A stretch of 64,000 nt of DNA. Origin: Mobula birostris. Taxonomy: Eukaryota. The position numbers were made by a program, and so were the translations under genes. The stretch spans positions 71,533,313 to 71,597,312 of the forward strand of contig NC_092383.1 in NCBI RefSeq assembly GCF_030028105.1, written 5' to 3'. This document shows positions 27,960-39,905 of the stretch, in pieces (position 1 is the stretch's first letter; each line of letters starts with the position of its first letter). The notes below the pieces were generated by a model. The model was not told the DNA's origin and did not search any database. It saw nothing but the letters and a program-made list of their open reading frames with translations.

Positions 27960-29647
27960 TAATAATGTTATGTATTACATTGTACTGCTGCCAGAGAAAA
28001 AAAAATCATGACATGTGAGTGATGATAAACCTGATTCTGATATGGGTCTCTATTGTGGACTGAGAATGGGGAAGGTGCAGGGAGAGGGGAATCACGCGTG
28101 GGAAAAGGCGAAGGGAGAGTAGAGGGAGCAGAGAGTAGGACAGCATGTAATTGCAGCATGTTTGGTCTAGTGTGGATATGTAAATACTATGACCTGTTGA
28201 CACTTAAGACCATAAGACATAGGACCAGAATCAGGCCTATCATTCCATTGGGTCTGCTCCTCTGATTTACTTTCCCTCTCAAACCCATTCTCCTGTCTTC
28301 TTCCCATAACCTTTGACACCCTTACTAATCAAGAACCGATCAACCTCAGCTTTAAATATACCCAATGACTTGGCAAAGAACTCCACAGATTTGCCTCCCT
28401 CTGGCTAAAAAATGTCTTCCTCATCCTTTTAATAACAATCCTTACAATGCTTCATCAAGTGAGTGTTCCAGTAAACTATTTGTAATCATGGTTATTTATA
28501 AATGAAGGATGTTACCAGTATGTTGGAAGGAATTATTGGCACAATATACCCTATATTCTTCAGATAATTGTCAACTCCAGTTGCATGGTTGAGAAAGAGT
28601 AATAACTACAAATATTGGAAATCTGAAGTAAAAATTGAAAATTCTGCATCTGTAAAAGAAAACCAGAAGATATTTTGGTTAGCAAGCTAATTTTTATTCA
28701 TTCAATTCAGAATTTATATTACTTTCGTTTTGTTAGGCATATGACTGAATAATTAAAATTACTTTTAAATTTGCAACCAACATTTAAGTGGCAATTTATA
28801 TTTCTGTATGCACTTTGATTTTCCCCTTGCATTTGCAAATCCATTCAGGGAATGAAAATATTCACTCTTGTATGGTAATTTTAGTCTATTTTTGCGTATT
28901 GGTTTCTGTTTCATTTCTGCATTGGGCATATCGAATCACTCTTGCATTTGATTCCTTGTGCATTTCTGACAATAAAATGCCATGTTTATGATATATTCTT
29001 AGAGATAACACAAATATAAAAAGATTTTTTTCACAGCAAAGGCCTTTTATATTATATTCCTATTATGGGAATTGCTAGTCAGCCAGTGAGTGCTTTGATG
29101 ATAATCTTTTAGAGTCATTTAATCATAGAGACATGCAACACAGTAAAAGGACCTTATAGTGTACTGTGCCCATGCCAGCCCTTCAGTACATATCTATGCT
29201 AATCCTATTTTCTAGCACTTTGCCCATAGCTTCTCTGCCTAGCCTAGATACTGTTAATGTCCTTTCTTTCTTTTTCAATCTTTTTATAGTTTCATAAAAT
29301 ATAAACATAACTTAGCAATAATACAAATTGTTGGAAATACATTGTTATACTTAAAATGAGTAATTATAAAACCAAGTTGTATAAATTGACAAAACTCCCA
29401 ATCGTGTAGGATAATGAATAGTACAGGACAAAAAAAAACTGGAGAAAAATCATGAAAAAGAAAAAAAATAGAAAAAAAAACAAACCCTACCCCAAAAAAA
29501 AACTAAACAGAATTAGTCAACTAAACTAAAAAGACTTGGGCAATTCTAACAAAGTAAAAATGGAAGAGAAGAAAACCTTAGTGTCAATGACTCCATTCCT
29601 CTCAACCAACAGTACAGAGAAGTGAAGTAAGTTTGGAAATGGTCAAA

Positions 29648-30466
29648 TTACATCATATGAAAATGCTGAATAAATGGCCTCCAAGTTTTTTCAAAGTTAA
29701 TGGAAGGGTCATAAACCACACTTCTAATTTTTTCCACATTCAAACACAACATAGTTTGTGAAAACCAGTGAAATACAGTAGGAGGGTTAATCTCTTTCCA
29801 ATTCAGCAAAATGGATCTTCTAACCACTAAAGTAAGAAATGCAATCATCCAGCGTGCTGAAGATGTTAAATGATTTGAGTCTATCATTGGTAATCCAAAA
29901 ATAGCAGTAATTGGATGAGGTTGTAAGTCTATATTCAAAACGGTTGAAATAATATCAAAAGTATCTTTCCAATATTTTTCCAACAAAGGACATAACCAAA
30001 ACATGTGAGTTAAAGAGGCTATCTCGGAATGACATCTATCATATATAGGATTAATATAAGAATAATAACGAGATAGTTTATCTTTGGACATATGAGCGCT
30101 GTGCACTACTTTAAACTGTATCAACACATGTTTAGCAGATATAGAGGATGAATTAACCAATTGAAGAATTTTTTCCCATTTTTCAATCGGTATAGTAATC
30201 TTAAGTTCTCTTTCCCAATCAGCTTTAATTTTATTGGAAACATCAGGACATAAATTCATAATTATGTTATAAATAATTGCTACAACACTTTTCTGAGAGA
30301 GAGTTAGATCTAAAATTTTTTCCAAAGTATCCATTGGATATGAGTGTGGAAAATTAGGAGAAGCAGTAATTAAAAAGTTTCTAATCTGTAGGTATCTAAA
30401 AAAGTGAGATCTGGGTAAGTTATATTTATTAGAAAGTTGATCAAAAGACATGAAACAATTATCCAA
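29648..30466 (-). pseudogene. L1 ORF2 C-terminal fragment
   Basis: FFRYLQIRNF, IQFKVVH, (C>Y)DRCHSEIASLTHMFWLC, F.KTWRPFI. Confidence 0.85.
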
Positions 30467-31001
30467 CCTAAATCACGAAAACGTACTATACCTTTGGTTT
30501 TCTAGTCAAAGTAAGCTTGATCCATAGTGGAAGGTTGAAAAAGGAAATTAGATATAATAGGACTTACTAAAATAAATTGATTGAACCCAAAAAATCTTTA
30601 TTAAAAATCATTATTCATCCTTTAATATTAGGAGGTTAATGTATATTGTTTATATCCCCTCACTTATTACCCCAGAATGTATTATCTCATTAGATGCTGA
30701 GAAAGCCTTTGACAGAGTTGAATGGCCTTATTTATTTAGTGTGCTCGAGAAATTTAATTTTAGTTTGACGTTTATATCTTGGATTAAATTGTTATATTAT
30801 TCCCCGGTAGCTTCAGTTTGTACTAATAATCAAAGATCTCCCTTTTTTCATCTTTTTCGTGGTACTAGGCAAGGATGCCCTCTTAGTCCTTTACTATTTA
30901 ATATCACCCTTGAACCTTTAGCAATTGCTATCCGTGACTCGCCCAATATTTTTGGTATTACCCACGGAAACGAAATAAATAAATTATCACTATATGCAGA
31001 T

Positions 31002-31648
31002 AACACACATACATCAAAGTTGCTGGTGAACACAGCACGCCAGGCAGCATCTCTAGGAAGAGGTGCAGTCGACGTTTCAGGCCGAGACTCTTCGTCAGGA
31101 CTAAATGAAGGAAGAGTGAGTAAGGGATTTGAAAGTTGGAGGGGGAGGGGGAGATCCAAAATGATAGGGGAAGACAGGAGGGGGAGGGATGGAGCCAAGA
31201 GCTGGACAGGTGATAGGCAAAAGGGGATACGAGAGGATCATGGGACAGGAGGTCCGGGAAGAAAGACAAGGGGGGGGAACCCAGAGGATGAGCAAGAGGT
31301 ATATTCAGAGGGACAGAGGGAAAAAAAGGAGAGTGAGAGAAAGAATGTGTGCATAAAAATAAGTAACAGATGGGGTACGAGGGGGAGGTGGGGCCTAGCG
31401 GAAGTTAGAGAAGTCGATGTTCATGCCATCAGGTTGGAGGCTACCCAGACGGAATATAAGGTGCTGTTCCTCCAACCTGAGTGTGGCTTCATCTTTGCAG
31501 TAGAGGAGGCCGTGGATGGACATGTCAGAATGGGAATGGGATGTGGAATTAAAATGTGTGGCCACTCGGAGATCCTGCTTTCTCTGGCGGACAGGAACTT
31601 TGATGTGTGTTGCTTGAATTTCCAGCATCTGCAGAATTCCTGTTGTTT
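31002..31648 (-). mobile_element. Penelope 3' fragment/pLTR with short inverted end and 13-bp TSD
   Basis: Minus ORF with ATHFNS...RLEEQHLIFRLGSLQPDGMN (GIY-YIG C-terminus). TSD actatatgcagat at 30989-31001 and 31649-31661. Confidence 0.9.
31066..31103 (-). ncRNA. Minimal type I hammerhead ribozyme motif (Penelope pLTR)
   Basis: Minus strand reads agtc-CTGACGA-agagtctcggcct-GAAAC-GTC-gact. Confidence 0.7.
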
Positions 31649-32906
31649 ACTATATGCAGATGATTTGTTATTATATATCTCTAATCCGGAGAAGTCAATT
31701 CCTACTATTCTAGCTTTGTTGGCTCAATTTAGTAATTTTTCTGGCTACAAATTGAATTTTAATAAGATTGAATTATTTCCCCTAAATAAGCAGGTACCTA
31801 TTTATGGATGTTTACCTTTTAAATTGGTTACTGACTCATTTATATATTTAGGGATAATAATTACGAAGAGGTATAAAGGCTTATTTAAAGCTAATTTTTT
31901 ACCTTTAATTGATCAGATTAAACTTTTGTTTACTAAATGGTCACCAATTTCTTTGTCTTTGATTGGTCAGATTAATGCTATTAAGATGATTATTTTGCCC
32001 AAATTTCTATATGTATTTCAACCGGTTCCAATTTTTATCCCAAAATCTTTTTTCGATAATGTTGATTCAAAAATTTCCTCATATATATGGCAGAACAAAA
32101 ATCCTAGGCTAGGTAAAAGGTATTTACAGAAATCTAAAAAGGAGGGGGGGGCTCGCCCTCCCAAATTTTAGATTTTATTATTGGGCAATTAATATTCGAT
32201 ACTTAAAATTTTGGTTAGGAGATTTGGATGTATCTTTAAATCCACATTGGGTAAATCTTGAATGTAATTCATTACAAGGTCTTCTTTGGGTTCGGTTTTA
32301 GGAACTTTGTTTCCTTTTATTTCTTCTAAATTGTATAAACAAATGTTTATGTCCTTAACATACAAAAAAAATCCTGCTCATTGTTCTCCTTAATAGCCAC
32401 TAACCGGAATGAATAGTCGTATTGGAGATACCAGGAGGTACGGTGTGTGGCACATTGTGCACTAGACTCCTGAAGCAGCAAATAATTTAAGAAATTGGAA
32501 GGTGATGGGGTTTACAGAAAGAAAGAAACTGCAGTAGTTTGTCAGTGTGAGAAGAAATGCGTTCACGCTAGGCATAATTGAACGAGAAAGAAAGATAAGG
32601 TAGGGTCTAACATCAATGACTCCATGTGACTTCAAATGGTAGTTGGCACAGAGCCTGTCAGGACCAAAGCAGCATAAAGGAAGGTTGTTATTACATCTCT
32701 ATTGTCCCAGCAATTCGAACACTTTGGACTCACTTGACAAAATCAGGAAAACAGATCATTTGTCATGAATTAAGACTACAAGCACTATTATCTGAAATCA
32801 TTATATAGGTTATTGGAAGCCTTGGTCATCCCTTTAACAATCCAGTAGTTAAAGTTTAACTACTGAATGACTAATTTTCCCTGTCTCAGAGTGCTTGAAG
32901 ACAATA

Positions 32907-33850
32907 CAGTGGATTCCAATTATTTGGGACAGCCACTTATTTGGGACAACCTTTAAAAAAAACAAAAACTAAATGAGAAAATATCTGGGGTTTCCTTTGT
33001 TTATTTGGGACACTATGCCACTCAGTTGGGGTGAAAACTTGCTGACCAGTTTTTAACTAGTCAGTTGCATGTGCTCGTGTGGCCGTTAGACACTACACCG
33101 TGCTTAGAGCGAACAGTTTTTAAATGGCATCAGTTGCATGTGTTTGTCTTCAAAAAGCAGTAATTTCTGTCACTGATAGTTGGTGAGAAATTAGCAGTAA
33201 GACAATTCAGAACTATTTTGCTCACTGTGATTTCAATCATTCAGACTCAGAGGTGCGAGAAATGGCTGGGAGTGAATATGAAATGATTTCCCCACTTCAG
33301 CAAATTAGGAAGTATAAAAAATTTGAAGGCATCAACAATCATATCAAATGTTACAATGAAAATGAAGATTTGGAGCATGCAACTGTTTGTGTGGCCATGA
33401 GACACCTCACTGTGCTTAGAGCAAACAGCATCAGTTGCATATGCGTGTGTTCTATCATTCATTTGGACCAAGAAATGATGAATTAAAAAGCAGAAAAATG
33501 TTGACACTATTTCATGAAAGAAGACAATATAGGCAGTCCATTATATGCATTAAGTGTCTGCACTGAATTTATTCACTTACACTCAGTCAAAAGAACATGG
33601 TAGCGTACACTGGATTAATTCCTCCATAGATAACTGTTAGGAACTAGTAAACAGTTTTACAGTACTGTAGTAATATTGGTAGTTCTAATTTGTTCTGTAT
33701 TTAATTTAAATATGTAATTTGTTACTTAGTTAAATGATAGTTTCTTTTTTATGCCTTCTATTTGCATGAAATATTGACTAATTGGGCCAGCCACTTAATT
33801 GCACCAAAATGTACTAGTCCTGATGTGTTCCAGTTAACTGGAATCCACTG
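32907..33850. mobile_element. Tigger/pogo-like non-autonomous DNA transposon
   Basis: TA|cagtggattcca ... tggaatccactg. Subterminal repeats tttgggaca. Confidence 0.7.
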
Positions 33851-34325
33851 CATATGCATTGCAGATGTCTTTGTTGATACATAGACAACTAAGGAGTTTG
33901 GATATTAATAGCCAGTCAGACTTACATTCAGAAAAGATGAATTAAATTTGGCAGAACAAAACTGAAATAGAGGAGGTATTAGAAATCTAAAGCAAAACAG
34001 TAAACATTATAAATACAGTGCTAGTCTTAGAAACTGACTAAAATCTGCATAGACTTTTATTTCCCTTATTTCAGAATGGCCCTCGTTTGATATATGACAT
34101 CATTCATGATTTGATCCAAGTACAGGTTCTCTTATTGCAGTTTCATAGCGTTTTTTTTAGCCCATGAGACACGGGAGCAGAATTAGGCTATCTGACCCAT
34201 CAAATCTGCTCCACCATTCCATCATGACTGATTTATTATCCCTCTCAATCCCATTCTCCTACCTTCCCTGTAACCTTTGACACCTCAACTAAAGAGGAAT
34301 ATATCAACATCCACTTTAAATATAA

Positions 34326-35220
34326 TGTTACGTACCCCGTAACTGGGTTGCCAAACCAGCAGAAATGGATCACTCAGTTGGAGTCTGGATTACTGGAACT
34401 AAGAAAGTTTTATTAAAGAAATAAGCAACACAGTACTCTAATAGTAAGGATATAAATGCAACAGGTTAGCAATGAATAAACACACATGTGCACAGATCTA
34501 GGATAATAGGATCAATCAAGCTCTATCGTCGTCTAGGGGTAAATGACCAGTTTCAAAGTGACGCAAAATTCAGTTCAATTGAGTTTAGTTCAGTTCACAG
34601 TAATCACTGCCATGGGAGAGAGAGAGAGAGAGAGCGAATGAATATTCAAATCGGATTCCAAACAGACCTTCGATATTCCTCACAGTCAGCTTTCGGGCGA
34701 GCCCTTTGTAATGTCTTCTGAGGTCACCGATTGTGACCCCTCCGTTTCAGATACGATCGTTCCTCTGCAGTGAACCTGGCACCCAGGCAAGGTCGGACAC
34801 ACACCAGGTTCCCGCCGAACGTACCTTTCCACTCTGTGCGTCTATGGCTTGGTCCCGCGACCAGCCCTCCAAAACTCCCACCGAATTGTGGGAGACGCAC
34901 CGCTTCCAGGGTCTCGTTACCTCGTGGTGTCGTGTGTGTCGCCTTAGTGAACCTGTCCCTTTTTATCCCCCTGCTGGGGTATCGCCTGTCCATCACACTT
35001 CAAACAGTTCAGGGCTCAAAGGGAGCCGATCTTGACAGCTCTCAGACCGTATCTCTTTCCATTAAACTCTCCCGTCTCTTCATTAACATTTCCAAATGCT
35101 GCTCCATTGTCTTCCTTATCTCTCTTTCTCCTGAAGACAGGTGGCAGATCCCACTGGTGCCAGCACAGGACAGTTAACATCTTAATCTATGTGTACTCTT
35201 TGTAACCCTCTTTCGTCACA
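34326..35220 (-). repeat. 3' LTR
   Basis: ~895-bp direct repeat of 38365-39276, preceded on the minus strand by the PPT. Confidence 0.95.
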
Positions 35221-35396
35221 CCCCTCACCTTTAAGGATTTTTACCGGGGTAAAAATTACAAACATGAATACATTATTTGATACACACAAATATACATCTT
35301 CATCAGCTATTTGGCTAATACAGAGAATTTTAAGTTGTCAACACCTTGACAGACAGTCAGCAATCACATTTTCCGCTCCTTTTATATGTGTAATTT

Positions 35397-37067
35397 TTAA
35401 TAATCCCCTAAACCAGGCTCCAACTTAGCAAACTTCATAGTGGCCGAAAACACTGATGAATTGCGATCAGTGTAACCTCTCACTGGGTTTCGTCCCGGAC
35501 CACGATAACAAGGGTCGTCCCATCCCGACTTAGTTTTCTCTCGCAAGGGCTTAGTAGGAGGGGGAGGGGTAGTAACTGCAGAGTTATTGCAAAACTTCCT
35601 ACAGTACCCCACCATCTCCAAGAGCCTTCTGAGGACCCTCTTGTCTGTCGGGGTTCGGATGTCAGAGATAGCCCGCACTTTAGCTTGCATCGCTGCCAGC
35701 TGCCCCTGTGTTACCACAATTCCCAGATAAGTGACCTTCGTGTGGCCGAACTCATTTTTTTCAAGGTTCACTATCAAGCTGGCTTCAGACAGCCGTATCA
35801 CATCGCCAATACATACTTCTGTGTTCGTTAGCCCTTTCGTCACTGAATTACTCATTCTATAGGGCTGTTGCTCACTAGGCTGACCTAGCATGACAAACAC
35901 CACCCAACATCCCAGTTCCTTGCATCGCCTCAGGATAATCAAACACACGCGTGCGAGCCGTTTAATTACTTCTCCTAAAGAGTCGCTTTGTTCGGGGATT
36001 AAGGGAGAGACCTTATCGGCAGAGCTGGCCAAAACAATAACCTTCTCCCATCTGGTTGATACCATACTCATCTTTTCAAAATGTTTTTTTTCTCTTATCA
36101 GGGGGACCCTAGCTTCATTGATTTCCGTGCTAACACCGACTAGGTTTGTTAGCATATCGAAAGCCTGTGACCGTCTCAGTTCGCGTCTGCCATAATCAAT
36201 AACATCCTTCCTCCTGTGCAGCCAGTAAACCTCTTTCATGGTTCCGCCAACTGTTTCCTTCAGCACCTCAAAATGCCCACCGAGGGGTACCTTGTGGGCC
36301 AGGTTAAAAATCTCATCCCCAGAGATTTTCGGCACCATCCCCCATTCCTCATCTGCGGTACTTGGTCTCCCTTCCTTCCTTAGCACACCCTTCTCCACAC
36401 AATAGCCTACTGGCTCTCTTTTTAATCCTGCTTCAGAGAGAGCAGTTTCCTCATCTCGCTTCTGTACCTGTATAAAGTCCTTCTTTTCTACTGATAAATC
36501 TACCTTAATTTCCCCACTTCCTCCTGTTTCATTACGTTCCTTCTTTGCACTTTCTACCCCTTCCTCGTACAAGGCTGGCAGAAACGTCTCAGCTAAATTT
36601 ACTTCGGCAGTCCCGGGATGAACCTGTGAGTCCATGGGCGGGGCCTCAATGCTGGCAGGCTGACCTGTCAAGCTCACTGTCGAGAACACAATTCCCCCGG
36701 CGAGGTCATTACCGAGCAAGACTTCCACGCCTTTCATCGGTAATTCGGACCTCACTCCGATCGTGACTAGTCCAGAGACCAAGTTGCTTTGTAGGTGTAT
36801 CTGGTGCAAAGGGACTGCCTCTGTCCCTTCCCCAATACCTTTGACCCTGACCTCCCCAGTCTGGGTCTCTGAACTAAACTCTAATACACTCTTCAATATC
36901 AATGACTGACACGCTCCCGTGTCTCTCCAGATCCGCACTGGTACTGGGTTTAACCCCTCCTTCACCGACACCAATCCGGCCGAGATAAACCTCTCACACC
37001 CTTCCTGAACTTTGGCAGACCTTTCCTCTCCTAGCGGTTCGTTTACCAGCTCAATACAGCCAGTCAA
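35397..37067 (-). CDS. Pol remnant: aspartic protease plus degenerate IN and RT pieces
   Basis: VRIWRDTGACQSLI...LLGNDLAGG (PR), AHKVPLGGHF (IN zinc-binding remnant), QQPYRM, CIGDV (lost YxDD), VTYLGIVV, RRLLEMVGYCRKF. RNase H tail ITHIKGAENVIADCLSR in another frame at ~35340-35400. Confidence 0.85.
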   Translation of the reverse strand: MTGCIELVNEPLGEERSAKVQEGCERFISAGLVSVKEGLNPVPVRIWRDTGACQSLILKSVLEFSSETQTGEVRVKGIGEGTEAVPLHQIHLQSNLVSGLVTIGVRSELPMKGVEVLLGNDLAGGIVFSTVSLTGQPASIEAPPMDSQVHPGTAEVNLAETFLPALYEEGVESAKKERNETGGSGEIKVDLSVEKKDFIQVQKRDEETALSEAGLKREPVGYCVEKGVLRKEGRPSTADEEWGMVPKISGDEIFNLAHKVPLGGHFEVLKETVGGTMKEVYWLHRRKDVIDYGRRELRRSQAFDMLTNLVGVSTEINEARVPLIREKKHFEKMSMVSTRWEKVIVLASSADKVSPLIPEQSDSLGEVIKRLARVCLIILRRCKELGCWVVFVMLGQPSEQQPYRMSNSVTKGLTNTEVCIGDVIRLSEASLIVNLEKNEFGHTKVTYLGIVVTQGQLAAMQAKVRAISDIRTPTDKRVLRRLLEMVGYCRKFCNNSAVTTPPPPTKPLREKTKSGWDDPCYRGPGRNPVRGYTDRNSSVFSATMKFAKLEPGLGDY

Positions 37068-37069
37068 AG

Positions 37070-38265
37070 TCGCCGTTTTTCCTTTTCCCGTCTCCTTTGG
37101 GGCAAAGCACCTGGACGCAAAGTGTCCGACTTTCCCACAATTATAACAGACGACCCCAGGAGACTTCCTACCAGACTGCTCCCGGTCTACCTTATCCTTC
37201 TCACTAGTCCCCGGCTTACTTTCTGACTTTTCTGGCGGACTCTCCCCACCGTCCTGACTACGTTCTGGTAGCCTTTACTCGGGACAAACTTCATTCTATG
37301 CGTCAACGCGTACTCATCTGCTAACTTAGCAGTTGCGGCTAACGTGGCTGCCTCTTTCTCGTCTAGGTAGGGTCTCATACCTTCAGGGACACAACCTTTA
37401 AACTGCTCAATCAGGATCAGCTGTAGCAGTCTGTCATAATCCCCATCCACCCCCTTCGAGGCGCACCAATGCTCACAATATGTCTGCATCTCACGGGCAA
37501 ACTCTAAATACATGCGGTCCCACTGCTCCCTCGCATTCCGGAACCTCTGCCGGTATGCCTCCCGGACCAACTCATAAATCCTGAAGATGGCCTCTTTCAC
37601 CACCTCATACCTCTGGGCATCTTCCGCGGACAAAGCTGAGTAAGCTTGTTGGGCTTTCCCTTTAAGTACACTCTGAAGCAAAACAGCCCACTTATCCCTC
37701 GGCCAGTCCTGACTTATAGCCACTTTTTTGAAATGGAGAAAGTACCGATCCACATCGGTATCGTCAAATGGGGGAACCAGCCTAACCTCCTGGGTCGGCC
37801 TGAACCCTCCACCTTGGTTCGGGATGGGCCCCTGCGCTGCCATCATCTTTAACTTCTCCAGCTCAAATTCCCTTTCCCTCTCCTCTTCTCGCTCCAACTG
37901 TTTATCCCTCTCTTCTCGCTCCAACTGTCTCTCTCGCTCTCTCTCCCCTGCCGTTCTAACTGTTTCTCTTTCTCTTCGTGTTCTAGCGGCCATACCCGGA
38001 ACTTGTACTCGAGTCTCAGCTTTTCAAGCTGCACCTGTACCGCGTCTCCAGCAGATTTTTCAATAGATATCACCTCCAGCTCCCCTTGGAGAAACACACC
38101 TTTAGATACATAGTGCTCTACGATAGCTCTGTGCATCTGCTCTCTCCTCATTGTCGACTTCCCCTTAACAAGATATAACCGCTTGGCCACAGCTGCCAAT
38201 TCCACTTTCCTGGCATCCTCTAATGCCTCCAAGGTCGGCGCCTTTAGAAATTCCTCAATCTCCAT
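37070..38265 (-). pseudogene. Gag with SCAN-like capsid domain and CCHC knuckle (frameshifted)
   Basis: VPPFDDTDVDRYF...LKGKAQQAY...EAYRQRFR...LILIEQFKGCVP. CYNCGKVGHFASRC encoded at ~37108-37150. Confidence 0.85.
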
Positions 38266-38364
38266 TTCTGCTGTTTGCCTTTTCTTTCTTTCGGGAATTT
38301 TAACCCAATCAATTTACTCCGTCCCAAATTTAGCGTTCAAAATCGCGGACGAGAACCCCACTTA

Positions 38365-39276
38365 TGTTACGTACCCCGTAACTGGGTTGCCAAACCAGCA
38401 GAAATGGATCACTCAGTTGGAGTCTGGATTACTGGAACTAAGAAAGTTTTATTAAAGAAATAAGCAACACAGTACTCTAATAGTAAGGATATAAATGCAA
38501 CAGGTTAGCAATGAATAAACACACATGTACACAGATCTAGGATAATAGGATCAATCAAGCTCTATCGTCATCTGGGGGTAAATGACCAGTTTCAAAGTGA
38601 CGCAAAGTTCAGTTCAATTGAGTTCAGTTCAGTTCACAGTAATCACTGTCGTGGGGGGGGGGGAGAGAGAGAGAGAGAGAGCGAATGAATATTCAAATCG
38701 GATTCCAAACAGACCTTCGATATTCCTCACAGTCAGCTTTCGGGCGAGCCCTTTGTAATGTCTTCTGAGGTCACCGACTGTGACCCCTCCGTTTCAGATA
38801 CGATCATTCCTCTGCAGTGAACTTGGCACCCAGGCAAGGTCGGACACACACCAGGTTCCCGCCGAACGTACCTTTCCACCCTGTGCGTCTATGGCTTGGT
38901 CCCGCGACCAGCCCTCCAAAACCCCACCGACTTGTGGGAGACACACCGCTTCCAGGGTCTCGTTACCTCGTGGTGTCGTGTGTGTCGCCTTAGCGAACCT
39001 GACCCTTTTTATCCCCCTGCTGGGGTATCGCCTGTCCATCACACTTCAAACAGTTCAGGGTTCAAAGGGAGCCGATCTTGACAGCTCTCAGACCGTGTCT
39101 CCTTCCGTTAAACCTCCCATCTCTTCATTAACATTTCCAAATGCTGCTCCATTGTCTTCCTTATCTCTCTTTCTCCTGAAGACAGGTGGCAGATCAACTG
39201 TTGATCCCACTGGTGCCAGCACAGGACAGTTAACATCTTAATCTATGTGTACTTTTTGTAACCCTCTTTCATCACA
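38365..39276 (-). repeat. 5' LTR
   Basis: Direct repeat of 34326-35220, followed on the minus strand by the PBS at 38342-38360. Confidence 0.95.
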
Positions 39277-39280
39277 ATAA

Positions 39281-39905
39281 CCAATGACTTGTCATCCACA
39301 GTTGTCTGTAGCAATCAGGTCCACAGCTTCACCACCAACTGACTAAAGAAAATCCTCCTCATCGCTATTGTAAGGAGCTGTCCCTCTATTCTGAGGCTGT
39401 GCCTTCTAGGTCTAGACACACACAGAATAGGAAACATCCTTTCTACATGCACTTTAGCTACGCTGACTTTGGCCTATTTTATCATGTGCCTCCAAGTACC
39501 CTGAAATCCCATCCTTAATAACAGACTCCAACATCTTCCCAACCACTGAGGTTAGGCTTACTGTCCTATAATTTCCTTTCTTCTGCCTCCCTCCCTTCTC
39601 AAAGATTGGCGCGTCATTTGCACTTTTCCAGTCCTCCAGAGCCATTCCTCAGTCTATTGACTCTTGAAAGACCATTACTAATGCCTCCACAATCTCTTCA
39701 GCTACCTCTTGCAGAACCCTGGGGTGTAGCCCATCTGGTCCGTGAGACTTATGTTCCTTCAGACCATTCAGCTTCCCAACAACGTTTTTCTTTGTAACAG
39801 CAACTACCCTCACTTCTACCTGCAAGACTCTCAAAGTTCTGGCATACTGCAAGTGTTCCACAGTGAAGATTGACACAAAATACTTATTCAGTTCATCCAC
39901 CATTT
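39281..39905 (-). mobile_element. CR1 LINE fragment (host of the LTR element; its 3' end is at ~34160-34325)
   Basis: GPDGLHPRVLQE and KGNYRTVSLTSVVGK motifs. Confidence 0.75.

Larger units (their letters stand above)
30639..32171 (+). pseudogene. L1 ORF2 RT fragment (inverted segment) containing in-frame Penelope insertion
   Basis: ISLDAEKAFDRVEW, GTRQGCPLSPLLF, LYAD[insert]LYADDLLLY, SGYKLN, YLGI. Confidence 0.85.
29265..32343 (-). mobile_element. 5'-truncated, 5'-inverted L1 LINE
   Basis: 3' part (ORF2 C-terminus with degenerate CCHC, A-rich tail) lies on the minus strand 29265-~30597. RT part lies on the plus strand ~30597-32343. TSD tgttaatgtcctt (29252-29264) / tgtttatgtcctt (32344-32356). 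Confidence 0.85.
34326..39276 (-). mobile_element. Gmr1-like (Ty3/Gypsy) LTR retrotransposon, internally deleted, with both LTRs
   Basis: TG...CA LTRs at 34326-35220 and 38365-39276. 4-bp TSD ataa. PBS tggggttctcgtccgcgat (tRNA-Pro-like), PPT aggtgagggg. Inserted into a CR1 3' end that continues on both sides. Confidence 0.95.

Noticed and set aside
34488-35177. Several ORFs overlapping the LTRs (also 38780-39241)
   Set aside because: Incidental frames in GC-richer LTR sequence that are not conserved between the two LTR copies.
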